DNA of 64,000 nucleotides from Antedon mediterranea (Eukaryota; Animalia; Echinodermata): positions 19,716,001 through 19,780,000 of the forward strand of contig NC_092671.1 in the NCBI RefSeq assembly GCF_964355755.1, given 5' to 3'. Below, piece by piece: positions 13,101 through 28,100 of this stretch (position 1 is its first letter; every line of letters starts with the position of its first letter). Both the position numbers and the translations under genes were made by a program. The notes under the pieces are model-generated. The model had not been told where the DNA came from and made no database searches. It saw only the letters and a list, made by a program, of their open reading frames with translations.

Positions 13101-16100
13101 ATACTGGTGGCAGATTCAGGCCTTTGATAATAACGAGTGTGAGAATACACTATGTAAGCTTCACCATCGAGGTAAAGGTGTTTCTTTATACACTATATGT
13201 AAAACCAGGTTTTCTCTGCACCACTCTCGGCTATTTACAATGTTGTGCAACATGCACTCGGCTGCACATCGTGTATGTCACACCATTGTAAATACCCTCA
13301 AGTGCACCGCATCTCCACTAACACACTCTGACTTGTGCATTATTTGTATACTATAATACATCAGCAGTATAATTGAGTAATTATATTGAGTATAATTACT
13401 TCATTTTTTAAACACCAGTGGTATTACAGTTACCGCTACATATAAATGTAAATTTCAATATGACTAAATAGGCAAGGTCAAACTTAGGAATGGGATAATT
13501 CATTTTTTCATTAACTAGAAGAGGGAAAAAATACCATATTTTTACATAAGGTTAGCATTTTAGAATATTTAGGGACAAATTAAGAAAGAAACCAACCATT
13601 GTAAACCATTTCAAAATTGAATGGATCTCCTTCTGTTATGTCCATTAAATGTCGCATTGCAATTATGAGGCAAAGCTGTAGAACGGATACTCCTTCAAAA
13701 TATAAAAAAAAATAATGTCATCAAAATGAAGCAGGTAGATAGCAATTTCGGAAGGGAATTATCTGAGCAACAAAATATTAACGTGTTGAAGAAACGTGGA
13801 TACGTAGAATATAGATGCGCACTCTTTTAAATGTCATGAACTATAACGCAAAATATGAAAATACAACTTTTATAATTTAACTGGCCATATGATGACGTCA
13901 CAACATCCGATGCGCAAAATTTGTACATGAATTCGTATCTACAATTCAACAGCTTCCAGAAAAAGTTTTAATCATGAGTATTACTTTTCATTCTGAGGAG
14001 TTATAACATATTGAAATGTACTGTAATGATGAAAATAAGTGAACCAAGTAATTCACACTTTCGATCATGATGACGTCATCACAATTTAAAATATGGTAAA
14101 TCATGCGAAAGATAATTGATTGACCTAGACAATATAAAAAAAATAGGGGGAAATGAATACGGATAAGTGGAGATGGGCTCTCTACTAAATGTGATGAGCT
14201 AATAGGCAAAAAGATCCTATATTTCATATTTGAGTGGCCATACGATGACGTCACAATGTCCGGTTAACCATATTGATTCATGATTCCAGAATATGTAATT
14301 AAAAAAAAGTTCACCACGTAGTTTAACAAGGCCAACAGCCATAAGTCGCGCGCTAAAATGCATAGTGATACCGGACCGACAGACAGACCGACCGACCGAC
14401 ATAGTGAACTATAGAGTCGCGTCCACGCGACTAAAAATCTATGACTGTTGAATTTTTTAACTTTTTCATCAAAACGTGCGCAAATTGTCCAATTTGATAT
14501 GCTTGTATGACGTAATTTTAAGTCGAAATTGTTTAAAAGTTGGTAAAATTACTAGAAAAGGCTAGAAACATAACATAAAGCACCCAAAAAAATTGGATTT
14601 TAACACTAAGTGCGCACCGTGCTCGCACATGGAATTTTTGATATGCTCACAATGACATGAAACGCGTAGAAAGTTGATTAGAAATTGATTTTTGCATTGT
14701 GAAAATTTAAACCGAGTGTAACTTTCTGTGAAACATGCCATTTTTTTTTGGACATAAATTTACACTTTGCTAAGTATCAATTTAAATTGTTGTATGGTTA
14801 TCGAGCTATGTTAAATATCATAAATTCATAAAATTGCACGTAACTTACGCTGCGCGACTCTAAAGTCATATAACAAAGTTTTTTTCACATACAGCTACAG
14901 GTCAATCTTTTGACAAAGTTATACAATCTTATGTTGGTCAGAATTAGAGATACGCTGCGAACAAAGTTCGTGGAAAGAAAGAATATAGAAAAAAATATTG
15001 TGACAATAACAACATACACCCCATTGTACACTACTCAGCTACCAATAAACCTGTAATAACCTTTAGTCTGCTTAAAAAAAACATGTAATATTCTTAAATA
15101 CATCCACAATACTTATAATTTGAATTAAAATCTTGTAAAATTGTAGAGTGCAGAGAGACCAATAATATTGCCTGCTTGGAGGTGAAATATAACATTTGAC
15201 ATCCACAAGGGAATGGTTGCTTTCGAGACTGTATCGCAATGCAACGCTGAAGAAAAACATAGTTCTGAGAGAAATGTCAAATGTTATATATATAATGTTT
15301 ATTATAAAATATGCCAAATATTAGCACACCTGGCTGGGTAGGCCTCTCTGCTGGGTTGCAGGCTAGCCTAACTAGTTAGGCATGTTAATAATGTGCTAAA
15401 TAAATTAAGCACATACAGTTTAAATTACAAGAAAACGGACAAAGAGAAGCAAAGTTATTAAGTCAAAACAAGTTGGCTATCGCCAAGCAAGAGCAACAGA
15501 TGACGTCATAGCGCTGAAGCTTTAGTTAGCTATCATCCATGTGCACCACTTATTATCACAGTGCCAGCTCCGGCCACATGCTCTTTCTGCGATGCGTGTA
15601 TTAATATATTTATACCATCATTTACTGACCCAGCAAAAGTATTTAAATGTTTCCCACTACAATTTTACATATAAATACAACTTTCATAATTTTGTGGTTC
15701 TAACAACTTGGATAAAATGTTTTAACATTTAAAACTCCTAGGTCTAGGTTGTGCGGATGAAACAAATGTACATTGAGGGAAAACCCTGTTGCATACACAG
15801 TTGAATGAGGTCATCCAGTGGTACTGGTACCGATCAACTAGATGTGCCATTTATCATGAATTTTATGTGCGAGATCAGTACCATTTCCATCCATCTAAGG
15901 ATTTTGTTAGGTAACCAAGTCCTGGCGTCACCACTGGACCGAAAAAGTTCTGTCACCAAAAACTAGTCAGTGGAATGATCAATCTCCTTACATCGGCAGA
16001 ATTAGACCTCAGGCCACTATGAAGAGAGTTGTGCTTATGAACCAGATTCTTAAGATACTTACTGTAGGCTGGAGTGGATCCATAAATACAATTACAGTTA

Positions 16101-19100
16101 GACATTAACCAAAATGTTAAATTTAATTTAGTCAAGCCAGTTTTGTGGATGGTGCAACGGCTAAATTACGTTCACATATTTACATATTACAGTAGTGGTA
16201 GTTTGCAATACACAATCCTATTTATAATTAAAGTGAAATTATTGGTGCCGCAAATCATTTTAGCCATAAAATAGGTACATGCTCAAGGCTCTGTCCGACC
16301 ACGGTTCTGTTCTGGTGGTAGTCTTCTTGGATAACCTATTGCAAATTTTGGAAGAGTAAGACATTACCTTATTGTACAGATTCACTGTCGCACTGTATAC
16401 TAGGTAATGTTTTTTAGTTAATTTAATTCTGCATACTGATTGTTATTCAATTTTGTGAAATCTGTTTTTTTGTGTGGAAAATCATGGACTGGAAGATATC
16501 TTAAATATAAGGGATTCAGGCTTAAGCTCTGTCTACACTATCAAACTATTGTTTGTGTCCAAATATGGTAATGATATGCCCAAATATTACATCATCATGT
16601 CCATGGGCACATCACATGTTTTAAGGAACCGTGCCTGAACAGGTGTGAAAACCCTTTATTCCTGTTGAACCAGAAGATATACATTTTTATGAATGATATC
16701 ATGAAATGATACATTTAAAAAAGAGGTCAACAGCTTCATCAACTTCACTTATCACATCCAATTAATTACATGACAATGTTCTACTGTACTATACAATTCA
16801 TTAGACAGGTGTTAGGTCACTGCACAAACAATTTGTATGGATTGTCTCACAGTTATTTACTGTAGTAATATTTTAAGTAAATGGTTATACAATTTTTTTT
16901 TTTAAAGAATTTTATAGGAATTTATTTAGATTTAAAATCATTTCTGTAATTGCGAAGAATGATAGTAGTCCTACATCACAAAAGAAAATTGCTGGCTAGA
17001 TGTCAGTCAAAGCCAAAATTATCTTTGACATGTCATATAGAGCTACAGTAAAACAGCTCTATGCACTTTTCAGTGAAAGTCCAATAATTGTCTTTTTTGA
17101 AGTATCAAAAAAAGAAGATAAAACTATATATATTACAATTCTGAGTAAAACATATTAGATTATTTATTACTAGTCAAAATAAACGAGATTGAATTGAAAG
17201 AAATAATGATGTTGTGCCTTTTTTTTGCAAAACACAATTTTACATACATTTTTTGTAGAGTAATCATATAAATATTCTTACTAACCCAGTAGTCAATTAT
17301 TCAAGTATATACTATAATATACAAAAAAACCCAAAAAAAACCTGACTGACATAATAATTTCCTTATTTTTCAGGAGGCAAGGTACAGTGTTTGACACATT
17401 CATTAGTTAAAGGAATATTTATTGCCACTAGGTATCCATAACATATTACTATTTTTACAAACTTAATTAACGTGACAAAAAGTTAGGCTGTCGTGTTTAC
17501 ATAAAATAAAACCTTTGAATGGCAAGGATTTTGTCATAACATGATATCATTAGTGGAATTTAATTTTGTTTTCATGGTCACAGCTGTCTTCTTTCATCAC
17601 GAGTTTGTTGTCATCGCTTCATTAATGTTCTCGTTTTTTTGTGATTGAATGTACTTTTATTTGTTTTATTTTATGAAAACAATGTTACTTTTTTAAACCA
17701 AATTAATTAACTTTGCAAATTATGATATAATTAATAGAACAAAAGAGTAAGATAAGAACAATTATTGTAATTATAAATAAAAACTATTTCAATATATACA
17801 GTATGGTTTCAAGCTGTCTAATTGCTATATTTTTAATCAGAGTCATTCAATAATCTTTTTATATTTCCACATGTAATTGTAAGTCGCTATAATTGCTGGT
17901 GGTATGTATAGGCAGATATTGAATGGGGTTGATGGCAAAATGGTTCAAATTATAGACGGGTGTTTTGCTTTTCAAAAACGTGAATAATGGTATAATGGCA
18001 ATGATAATATGATTACTGTTTGTGAACCGTGTATTATCTCCATAGGGAACATGCTACATACAATTAGGTCATTAACGTTTATCCTGTAATACTCGCAATG
18101 GAATATTAATAATTTTGCCGATTCTGAATGAATGAATTGATGTGTGAAAATAGTAATATATTTCATTTCATTTATTTGGCATCTCATCAATCAACATAAA
18201 GTATAAAACATCAAGATAAATATATAAACATCTTAAACATTAAAAAAACATCAATACAAATTAATAATTTGGCACCTATATAATAATTTTGCAATTCCGA
18301 AAGCTCGCACAGATGCTGGTAAATTTAGAATTTCTTTTAATGGAGCTCAACTTTGGAATAATTTACCCTTAGTTATAAAATGTACCTCTTCTAGATTTAA
18401 ATTTATAAATGAAGTTAAATGTTTACTTTTACAAAAATATTAATGTTAGCCCTTGTTTACGTTATTTCTTTCATATAGTTGCTGTTTCTTTCTTATTGAA
18501 TTATTGTTGATAGATGAAAATGTATGCATTATGACTAATTTATTTTTTGTGACAGGAGTCAAACCTTGATTAGCGAAAGCTATTTTTTGGCTCCTTTTCA
18601 CAAACACATACATTGTATTGTATTGTACTATTTATGTATGATGATGTGAATAAAGTAAAGTAGTAGTAATATAAGTTTACCCTCCTGTAAGAAGACAGTT
18701 TTCCAGAATCAGTTAAATACTTTTTAGGTGCTAGAATTTTTTAAAAGGGAAGGACTAGTTCAGAGAAGAAAGATGGAATGACAATTAAGACATAATTAAT
18801 TTACTTTTTTTTCTAGATTTTCATTATAAATCACGTGTATAATCTATACAATAAGAAATAAAATAGAATAAACAATACGGATATTAAAAAAAAACTTATT
18901 TTGTTTCGTTTCCCAAGGTGAGACTCAACCTCGGTACCTTGACACGAGCACAGACCACCATACACAACTGACTATAGATTCCTCCGTGTATTTACTATGC
19001 TTTGGTGTAGATAGATTATTACTGCAATGAATCATAATTTTTTATTATGATTTAAAAAAATGATGCACTGTTAATGTATCTTTTAACTTTAATATGAACA

Positions 19101-22100
19101 TTTTAAAAAAGGAGGTTAATGTTTGTTAAGTTTGTTATTTCGTTCCAAGAAAATTTCAAACATTGTTTGTCGAAATTAAATTGTTTTCATTTAATATGCA
19201 ATTAATGATGACATAATCAACTTTTTTTCTCTCAATTTCATAATAAATCATACATGAGATACATATACTTTACGAAAATGAAATGCAAAATAGGGGTTCC
19301 CAAGCATTCTGACTATATTAAATTAAAACTTTAGCGCATTTTCACCATTTTGTTAATTTACACGTGCGTAGCCTGTCACTTTTGATGTGCTCGTATAACA
19401 TAATTTTAAGTTGAAAAGTGAGTCAAATAAAAATGAAATTACAAAAAAAAGTTGTAAAACACAAATTGGGTAAAAAGAGTGCGTGATAATGTGTGCAAAC
19501 ACCTACACAGTCATGGCAATTTTTGAAACGCTTAAAATTACCCGAAATGTACTCTAATTTCAAGAATATGACAAAGACATGACAGAATGTTTAGAATACT
19601 TTATACGTGACCGGATTAGCCATTAGTAATGATTAGTGTACAAATTGACTATAAGTTGCTAGAAAGGATAAAGGGCACTGTTTTCTTTTCAGTTTAGTTT
19701 GATTGATTTGGAAAAAAAAAATGTACATAAATGTTAAGTTCATATTATCATGTGTTACTAAATTTTTGTATAAACCGACAGTATGAAATGCAAAAATTAG
19801 CTTAAGTTTGCTATAGGACTTCCACAAATTTTTGACCTGCAGTGCTCGGTATTTATGCGGGTCGTTGATTTTGTCCATATTGATTGCGTTTTACCAAAGA
19901 AGTCTTATTTTTAAACCAAAAATCCAACTTAACAATCTAAAAACTGCAATTTTAAACATGTTTTTTTTACTGTATTACTAAGAAGCTTTCGATTTGCAAT
20001 GAACTAGGACCATTTGTTTCAAGCCATCATTCACTGAAAATCAAAATTTGTTTGCTACGATCATACAAAAATAGATACATAATTCAAAGTCACCTGGTCC
20101 TAGAATCGATAAAATTTGGTCCAACGTCTTTGATATCATAGGCCCTAAAGCTTTCCACTATCTCAAACAGGGCGTTTATAATAAATGGGCAATCAATATA
20201 ATTTTGTTTTAGTTTACTTACCATGTAGCAAAGCAGGCTTTGCATCTAATGATCGTAGTTTTGAAACTTCTACAAAGTTAGCAGCTGATAAATGTGGGTT
20301 AAGTGCTGTCACTTTTGAAATTGGATAAATCTAAGTAGAAATAAACAATCCACTGATTCATACTCAACTTTGTTAAGATGGTTGATCTTCACAATATTCA
20401 ATCAGAGGTATTGAATCTGTGTAAGCCCCCAGGACTCAATGCTTTTAATTATCTGTTTTGTAACAAAGGAATTCATAAGAACAGCTTTACATTTTATTTT
20501 ATGAATGTTGCATGGTACATTTAGGGGCAGCAGTGGTGACAAATTGATGTTGCTTAATTAAGTTCAAATCAATAGCAAGTAGAAGGAACATTCATTGTTT
20601 TATAAAATTTCATCATTTTGAAAGCTTACCAATACCAAGTGAAGAGAGCGAATATCCTTGTGTAGATCATAGTGCCTCTGAATAACATCAATTATAGTTG
20701 TGTTTTTAAATGCCATCTATGTCAATTATTAAATATGACAATTATAAAGAAAAAAATTCAAACATTAGTTGAAAATATGAAATTTAATTATCAGTAATTA
20801 TCTTATTTCCAGATAGATCTCGTCTTTTCCACAATATCAATGTAAAAATTTGGAAAGATGCATAACTTTTATTTCTCATCCCACTTTTATTTCACATTGA
20901 TGTACACATTGTATAGATGCATAAATATAATGGGTTCTTAATGTACAAAGCTGGGAGTGGGTGCAAGTGAATAATAATATTAATAGAAACAGAAGGACCA
21001 CCTTAATACTTGCTGTACCTTAATACCTGCTGTACCATTGTCAACATGGCTGAATTTGAACAAGAAAACTGGGTAGCCCAAAACTCATGGAAGATGCCCA
21101 GGTGTACACTGAATCTCCATTTCAAAGTGGTTATCCGAGAACGAAACTCGGATTAAACAGGACATGCAGTTTCAGTACGAGTAAACAACAATTTTGGCAA
21201 ATTATTATTGCAGCATTGTGCATATAAGGAGGGTTTGTCAATTGGCTGGGGTCTGTTTTTATATTTTCATAAGTGAAATATAAGCTAGGGTGAGAACGCA
21301 CATCCTCTCTAAATTAGTCTCTACTTATTTGATGCCATAGTCTGTAGCATGGTACATGTACTTCACTATACAGGAGTACTGTACATTTGATATGTAACTG
21401 GGTGATTTTTTCTTATGAATTAATTTATCTCATAAAGCTAGTTTAATCATTTATATTTAACTTTATTTCATAAAATGTACCTAAAATAAAATTTGTAAAT
21501 TTCAACATTCATATGTGTTTCAATGTATCACGATAATACTAATAAACCCCAAATTTATGATATTTTGGTTAAATAACAACTATCGAAAAATAAAGCTGCC
21601 ACTTTCTCAAAGAACTGTGTGCCAGGAATATACGGCAAATATTCTATTAGGGTAGGGTTTCTGTTCAACCAAACCTGCTGAGCACCTACTGTAGTAAAAA
21701 GGAGTTTTCGCAGGAGCATGTAACAGATGACGCCAACATTCTACTTATTTGCATAACAGTTGCGTTAAGGTACTTATTATCTTTCATTTGGCACTTCAAC
21801 GGGAGTGTAGAACTCAACACACGCAACATATGCGACTCGTATAAAAACATGAATACCTTAGAGACTAGGCCTAGCTAGACATGTTAAATCATGCATACTG
21901 GCTAAATGCTATTATCACCCAGACTGGGTGATAATAGCATTTAGCGATGAATAATAATATAATAATATTTATTTGGTCATCAATGTAAAAATAACCAGGA
22001 ATGAGAATAGGCTAAAGCCCAAACAGATTCTGCACTCACTCCATACAATACAAACAGTTAAGATAAAACCATATACAAGAAAAATACAAATAAACTATAC

Positions 22101-25100
22101 ATAACATGAAATATAGTGTTTTGTTAGAGCAGCCTTAAATATTGAAATTGTTTGTGAATCTTTTATGTCATTTGGTATTTGCTCCCATAGTCTAGGAAAG
22201 GAAACAAATACAGAATTAGGAAAAGTATTGCCTTTCGAATTCCAACGTAAAAGCCTACCCAGACATCTTTCACTAGTTTTAATATACTCATTGAAAGAAT
22301 GGGGGCAGTAAACCTTTCAACAACTTAAATCCTAATGAAAGTCTATGTAATTTAAACAAGTCATCAATAGATAATAATTCAAGCACTTTCAACCTATGAA
22401 AATAAGATGTGTCCCAGGAACCTTCCTTTCTAAACATTATTATCCTTGTTGCTTTCCTGTGTATACTTTCTATTCTATTAATATGTGATTTCTCAAATGG
22501 TGCCCACATTGAACAACAGTAGGTAATCACTGGAAGTAATAGAGCTTTGTATAAGTCAATAATTCTTATTGACAACAGAAAGTTATGTAAAAAAAGACAC
22601 CTTTGCATGATTTATTGATGCAAAGAAGGCATTTGATCGTGTAAACCGTGACTGTTTATGGTTTAACTTAGGAAGCATTGGTATACATGGAAATCTATTT
22701 AAGTGGGTTAAAAGGTTATATGATAATGTTAAGTGTGCTGTCAGTGTCAGGGTAAATGATCAATTGAAAAACTGGTTTGATGTCGAAATTGGTGTGAAAC
22801 AGGGCGGTTTACTTTCACCTGTACAATATCTTCATAAACAGCTCGGGATGTTGAGGTTTGGTGTTATAAGACTGTTTAAAGTTGTTATTTTATTTGATGT
22901 TTTTATCCGTGTCTATTTTAATTGTTATTTTTATATATTTGTTCACTCATAAGCCAGAATTGGCTGGTCTTATAAACAAGAGTGTGATTAAATAAAAAAA
23001 ATAAATACAACAAATATGATGATGGAATACCGGCTATTTTTACAAAAATTATCATGCAAAAATTGGGTTACAAACAGACTTTAAAGGCCATTTTACACAG
23101 ATGAGCGGTAACGATAAGTGGTAATTGTAAGTGGAAAACTGCGTGGCTTTTCCTATTTACGCTAGGCCTACTACAGCATTCCTATTTATTGTCCGCTTTG
23201 ACTCGATGGACTCGCGCTAAAAAGTTGTTGATAGATGACGTCATTACAATAATGTCGTTGGTTGGCCAGAATTCACAATTACCGTGCAGTATTTTCACAA
23301 AATGTTTATCTTGAGCGGATTTCCAGTGTTCGGTGTAAATGGTCATAAGAAATAACATAGGTTACTGCTCGTCTGTGTAAATTGGCCTTAATAGCCAAAA
23401 AAAAGTAATGGTTGCATTCTAAGTTGTGTAACATACAATACTATCTTTTATCTATATCTAAAATACCAAGCAGCTGTCTGTTTGTATGGCTTGTTATATG
23501 TTTCTTAATGCATAAAGGGAATTTCCCCTTTAAGTACATTTTCTAGGTAAAAAAATGATGCATAGTCCACCTGTTATATTTTTAGGTGAAATGTGCCCCA
23601 GGTCAATAACTATAATTAGTCACGCTAATATGTGAAAAAAAATGGTTTTCTCTGCTGGAAAATGTTAAACACATGAGGAATACCTAGTGAATCAAACATT
23701 TGAAAAGGATGCATGTGATGTCATGAATATTAGCCAGAGCACAATGGCAATAATCAGGAAAAATCAGCATTTAAAAGAAATAAATTATAAATAGTTTAAC
23801 TTATAAATTGTGAAAAAAATCGAGGTTGCCTTGATAATTTATTTACCCTTTCATCGATTATTGAGAACAGAAAGTTATGTAAAAAAAGAAACATGCTTTA
23901 TTGAAAAAAATTTCTCATTCAAATATAAAATTAGACTTTAAAAAGGCACTGCAATGTGTGAGGGCTGAAAGAATTTGGTGACCGTCAGACTACATTGTCA
24001 GAGATTAACACCCTGGTGTGTTACACTCGTTCAGTGGTGCCCCAGGGCATGCATGGGAAGCTATAACTTATTTTTGGGGGTCAGATGTGGTGTTTAAGGG
24101 GTAAATATTTAAAATTCACCAAAAATTAAAAAAGGAAATTACCTTTACTTTATTATTCCATTGCTTCATGAAACATTTATCTTGAAAGTCATTAGGTAAC
24201 TGTAATTTGGTTTCAGCAACGTCCATAAACTCTTCAAAGGTTAGCGTGTTAAAAACATGTATTTGACGGTGAGAAAAACGAGACTTTACCCTTTTTTCTA
24301 GAAGTTCAACAACATCCTAAAAAATAAGTTTGATGTATGTTAATATAAAACAACCCAAAAAAGTTCTATATTTTAAACTTGGTTTACATTAGAAAGTTGA
24401 ATAAATAAAGTTTGAAATATAGAATCATAATGACTTTTACATTATCATTTACTGTACCTAAAAATAGTTATATATCTGGATAAAAAATTAGATTGGTTTA
24501 AAAGTTGTCAACAAATATACTTTATTGATGGCTAAACTGGCCATGGAACAACTACTTACCCGGGTAAATAAGCCAGAATAACAGAAACCTCCAAAATCAA
24601 CTGTTTAATAGACTCAAATGTGTATTTATATTTTAATACTTTACTTGTTTTCGGAGTTCAGCATTTGCTGGATACAAAGTCGAGGCTAGGCTATGCCTAT
24701 AAGCCCCTCTTGAAAACATCAAATCTTGAATACAGCGCAAATTTTAGAGGGTGGTTGGAACATGCCTGTTCCGAGACCTGGCTTAAATTGATTTGTTGAT
24801 CTTGAAGATACAATGCTTTTCGACCAAACAAGTCTCTCATCCAATTTGTGCATGAAAACTTGCATTTTAATTTGAAAGAGTGACCACGTGTTCTGACATC
24901 TTCATCAAGTTCAAGAAAAGAGATTTATTATCCACACCGTGTAAAAGTTTTAAAATCTGTATCAAATGAGCTCTTTGCCTTCTGTATGTCAGAGTAGGTC
25001 AGAGAATTATTTTATGAATAAGGTATATGGTGTATATGGAAAAAATAAGTTCCTGGACGTAATAGATAGATCCACCTTACAATTAAAAACAACGTTACAG

Positions 25101-28100
25101 TATTCAGGGTAGGATAAATAATAGCTTTATATAAACGAAAAAAACTATCCATATTTAAAAACTTGAATGCTTGATATACCATGGCCAACTTCTGATTTGC
25201 TGTCATTGCCACATCTGCCACATGTACATTAAAAACAAGTTTAGAGTCAAGAGTAACACAGAGGTCTTTTTCATGATCAACTTCATTCAACAAGAAACCA
25301 CGCATGGCGTACAGATGTTTATTGTTTTTCTTCCCAAAGTGCATTACTTTGCACTTTCCCTCATTAAAAGGTAATTGCCATTTGTCAGACCAGTCACATG
25401 CTCTCTCTAAATCTTCTTGTAAAACTTAAGCATCATTCACACTGCTTAGTTAGTATCTGCAAACATGCATACAGAGAAAGAAATAACAGACCAGTTTAGA
25501 AGTTGACCTCTAATACCCAATGCACTTATTTTCAGAAGGAGTCTATGTTGAGGCCAACTATCGAAAGCCTCCTTGTAGTCAAGATAGATACAATCAAAAC
25601 AATCCTGATTATCAAAATAAGAAAAACAAGTACATTAAATAATTGTAAAGCACGGGAACGACCCTGACGGAAACCAAATTGTTCATGACAAATATTAGTG
25701 AGTGATGTTCAAGAAAATCCAATAATTCCTTCCTGATAATTCTTTCCATAATTTTACCAACTACCGAAGTTAAACTCGCAGGTCTATAGTTGCTTGGGTC
25801 AGACTTTGCTTCTTTTTTAAAAATTGGTACCACTGTAGCCCGTTTCCAACCATTAGGGATGGCTCCTTCTTGAAACAATTTTGTAAAAATAATATGGAGG
25901 GGGATAGCAAATGAATCCAGGTCCAACTGTTTTAGTAATATTCAACGTAGATAAAATCATTAAGATTTCGTCACAAGGAAAGTAAACTTGAGATAAAAAA
26001 TCCTCTGAAATGTTATCAACAGTCGGTACGTTTGAAAAAATTTCGTCAACAAATACACTACTAAAAAAGGTGTTTAACAAATCAGCCTTATCTTTGTCAT
26101 CAGACACATGTCTTCCATTCTATCAGTTAAGTTACCTCCAAAAAGAATTTTGTGAGATTTTATCTCATTTTTTTTTTATTTTCAAAGTCAGATTTACTAT
26201 ATTGAGTCAGACTAACTTAAGATCAGAAATATCATTTGAATTACGTGTGATAGTTTCATCAATACATTTTATGTCTTTGAGAAAATTTTCTTGTGTTTTA
26301 CCAATCGTCGACAACGCTTTAAAAAAACCACAAGCAGACTTATTACAGGTACGACAATACCAATGAAGACCCTGTTCACCAGATGAAATAACATCAAATA
26401 ATGACTTGCCTATGTCTTGATATGAACAAAAAATTTAAAACAAAACCCACACATGCCACACGTTACTTATTGATTATCAACAGCTTTAATACAACTACCA
26501 CATAGGCCTAGATCAGGTACCGAATCATCCCCCATTGAGGCCAACGCCGACCTAAGCTTACAGTCTGCCTACCACCACCAACATAGCCTCCACTAGCCAT
26601 CCTTAAAAATCACAACAATCTTTAGAACAGAAAGACTATCAGTCAAGCTATAATGATCAAAGATCAAATAGCGTTATGTTTTAATAATGATAGTAAAAAG
26701 ATCTCCAGACTCCGAAATCACAAACATGACCAACCACCGTTAGTGAGCCCTCTATCATCGACAATCAACATCTATGATTTAGTGCATGTGATTGTCGGAC
26801 TGAAACTAAATCTTATTCAAACTTTTGAGCTGACGGAACTGAAGTGAACCAGTGTGTGAGTGCTAATGTCGACATATGAAACTAATTTCTACTGGTACCC
26901 AAACTGCACATTTTCGTTTATTTCCTTTCTGTAAAAGTGTTCAACTCAACATAACTCAACTGTCTGTTACTTTGCTCAGTTGCATTTAATTGCTTGCAGC
27001 ACTTATGTGGACATAGTTGAGTATAGATATAAGCCCACCTTTAAATCCCCCTTACCAGTCTGCAAGTCAAGCCAATAACCACAATAGGCGTCTGTGCTGA
27101 TTGACAAATGTCAAATAGATTATATAACAATGTTTGGTTATGATGATGGGCGAACAGGTCAAATTCATCAAGTAAAAACAACACAGGCTTGCTTTCCTTG
27201 CTGCCTACAATTAAATATAATTATAAAAAGTAGTTTAGTTATATTTTTGGAACATTTTAGGTCGTTTTAATCAACTAAAAAACGTGCTAGTTGTGACAAA
27301 TTGTTATGGTACATTTCACAAATGGACAATTGTTTGTTGTTAAGGCCCAACCATTTTTTCCATGTGAAATCTATTCTTTCATTGAATAATAATACCAAAT
27401 CTGATTAGTGCCCTAAATATATCTTCAGAAAACTGAAACACATTTCACATGGTCTGGGTCTTTGGAAGGTGGTGGTGGGTGAATGCCACTAAATCACTAC
27501 CTCCAAAGATTTTGATATACTATAATATGCTAAAATGTTACCTATTATCTTATTTGGTTCTGAAGTTTAGGATTTTCAAATGATCAATATTGGACACTCT
27601 AATATTATAGTATATAACCTTGGTAAATTTCTGTTAAATATTTTAGTTTCAGTTAACTTTTTAAAAATTTTTGTAGAGACTATTAAACTTGGATAGACAC
27701 AGAATCTCATATCAATACTATTTGTTTCAACTAAGAAAGGCAGAAATGGATGAAGAATAATGGGACAGGTAAATACAATTTTTATCTGGTTTTGGTTATG
27801 TACGGTATGGCAACGACAAAATATTGATCTAATTTGTGTATGTTCATACACGTTGGGTTGCTTGCTTCAAATAAATTTTACAGACCAGGAGTCTAGGGAA
27901 GAATAATAAGTAAATTATAGGTGGCAGCAAACAGGTTATGAAAAATATCTTTTTATTAAAAGATTGTACAAACATACAAACTATTATTATATTTTTAGAA
28001 TAATTTTCATAAAAAATGTGTGTCAAGTTGTAGGCCTAGTCTGTTATGGAATTATGGTTTTTGGAAAACTCAACGAGCACATGTGCTCCTGTGATTTCAC

